The position numbers and the translations under genes were made by a program. Shown one piece after another: positions 63,133 to 64,000 of a stretch of 64,000 bases of DNA. The notes under the pieces were generated by a model. That model was not told where the DNA came from and did no database searches. It saw only the letters and a list, made by a program, of their open reading frames with translations. This stretch comes from Terrimicrobiaceae bacterium (lineage in GTDB: Bacteria; Verrucomicrobiota; Verrucomicrobiia; Chthoniobacterales; Terrimicrobiaceae), in contig JBIIPZ010000008.1 in NCBI GenBank assembly GCA_044342325.1, positions 24,208 to 88,207 of the forward strand. The letters run 5' to 3'. Each line of letters opens with the position of its first letter. Position 1 is the first letter of the stretch.

Positions 63133-64000
63133 ATGGCTATCCGTATTTTCAATTCCAAAGCAGAATTCGACTCTGTCAAAGCCACGCTGGCAGGTGATCC
63201 CGGAGCCGACACGCTTTCGTTTTCCCTCGCCACGGCATCGGTTGTTCTAGCCGATACGGACTTTCTGGGGATGAACTCCATCACCAACGCAACCACCAGA
63301 TTCGAAGCGCTTGCTCTCTCAAACTACGCGGATCAAGTCACTCTGGCAGGCAATGCCTTTAATGTAGGTATTGTGTCGGTTTTTGGTGGAACCAATAGTG
63401 ATCGTATCGACGCATCCGCATATACTTCGGCTTTGAATGTCACACTCTCTGGGGGATTTGGCAATGACACGCTGCTCGGAGGAGATGGGGCGGATAGTTT
63501 GGATGGAGGAGCAGACAATGATAGCCTTTTCGGCGGAGGCGGGAATGATACGCTGAGCGGAGGGGCTGGGGCAGATTTTTTGGATGGAGGGTTTGGTGTT
63601 AATAGCCTGGTTGGTGGAGACGGCAATGACTACTACACCATTTCCAGCTCCTCAGATACAATTGTCGAGGCTTCAGGCGCTGGAACTGGCACGGATTCAG
63701 TCCTTGCCAATGTGGCTGGCGTCATTTTGGCATCCAATACCGAATGGCTCATTCTCGGGGCTGGAGCATCTAGCGGAGCGGGAAATTCTCTAGCAAACAC
63801 ACTTGTTGGTCAGGCAGGAACAAGTGATTCGTTGTTCGGTGATGCTGGAAACGATAGTTTGTTCGGTAACGATGGGAACAACACGCTGGACGGAGGGGCA
63901 GACAACGACACATTGGTATCTGGAAGCGGAACCGATAGTTTGATTGGTGGGGATGGGAATGACAGCCTCGTGGGAGGCACAGGGATAGACACATTCAGCG
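63133..64000 (+). CDS. RTX/hemolysin-type Ca2+-binding repeat protein (runs off the window end; not in the ORF track)
   Basis: Open from ATG 63133 (MAIRIFNSK...) to the end of the window; many GGxGxDxL nonapeptides (GGFGNDTLL, GGDGADSLD, GGGGNDTLS, GGDGNDSLV). Confidence 0.9.
   Translation, partial: MAIRIFNSKAEFDSVKATLAGDPGADTLSFSLATASVVLADTDFLGMNSITNATTRFEALALSNYADQVTLAGNAFNVGIVSVFGGTNSDRIDASAYTSALNVTLSGGFGNDTLLGGDGADSLDGGADNDSLFGGGGNDTLSGGAGADFLDGGFGVNSLVGGDGNDYYTISSSSDTIVEASGAGTGTDSVLANVAGVILASNTEWLILGAGASSGAGNSLANTLVGQAGTSDSLFGDAGNDSLFGNDGNNTLDGGADNDTLVSGSGTDSLIGGDGNDSLVGGTGIDTFS

Noticed and set aside
63440..64000. Periodic 27-nt repeats as a possible CRISPR or tandem array
   Set aside because: They are degenerate coding repeats of RTX nonapeptides; no identical repeat-spacer structure exists anywhere in the window.

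Overview
A 64-kb, mostly core-genome segment of a GC-rich diderm bacterium, probably Verrucomicrobiota (Spartobacteria/Chthoniobacterales-like). The taxonomy is inferred from the dnaK-groES-groEL order, a multi-ATP-cone NrdA with a tyrosyl-radical-less NrdB, a PGNLR-type EF-P and lpxK. Housekeeping genes: thiC (partial), infC (ATT start), avtA, hom-thrC-lysC, thrB, ribE, lpxK, acpP, recJ-recG, efp, nrdB-nrdA with tandem NrdR boxes, tlyA, dnaK-groES-groEL, hisI and tRNA-Thr(TGT). Accessory content: a complete mrpABCDEFG Na+/H+ antiporter operon flanked by an ISAs1 transposase relic and by decayed DUF1504/DUF2071 fragments, an AAA+/DUF4143 ATPase beside the tRNA, a nucleotidyltransferase with a small overlapping partner ORF, a two-component system, an ExbB-ExbD-TonB-like operon, a GT4 glycosyltransferase, and the start of an RTX-repeat protein. 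The best candidates for an undescribed system are (i) a tightly coupled, all-cytoplasmic four-gene operon of ECF sigma, a small soluble protein, a GAF protein and a minimal subtilase (29382-31713), and (ii) the convergent gene encoding an excisionase-type HTH + TM + OmpA/MotB-like protein that could link DNA to peptidoglycan (31744-33321). Also notable: a catalytically degenerate GlgA paralogue, an unannotated secreted Cys/Gly micro-protein, and a sigma54-like promoter upstream of dnaK. No CRISPR array, rRNA or intact mobile element was seen. All family assignments come from motif recognition by eye, not from database searches.
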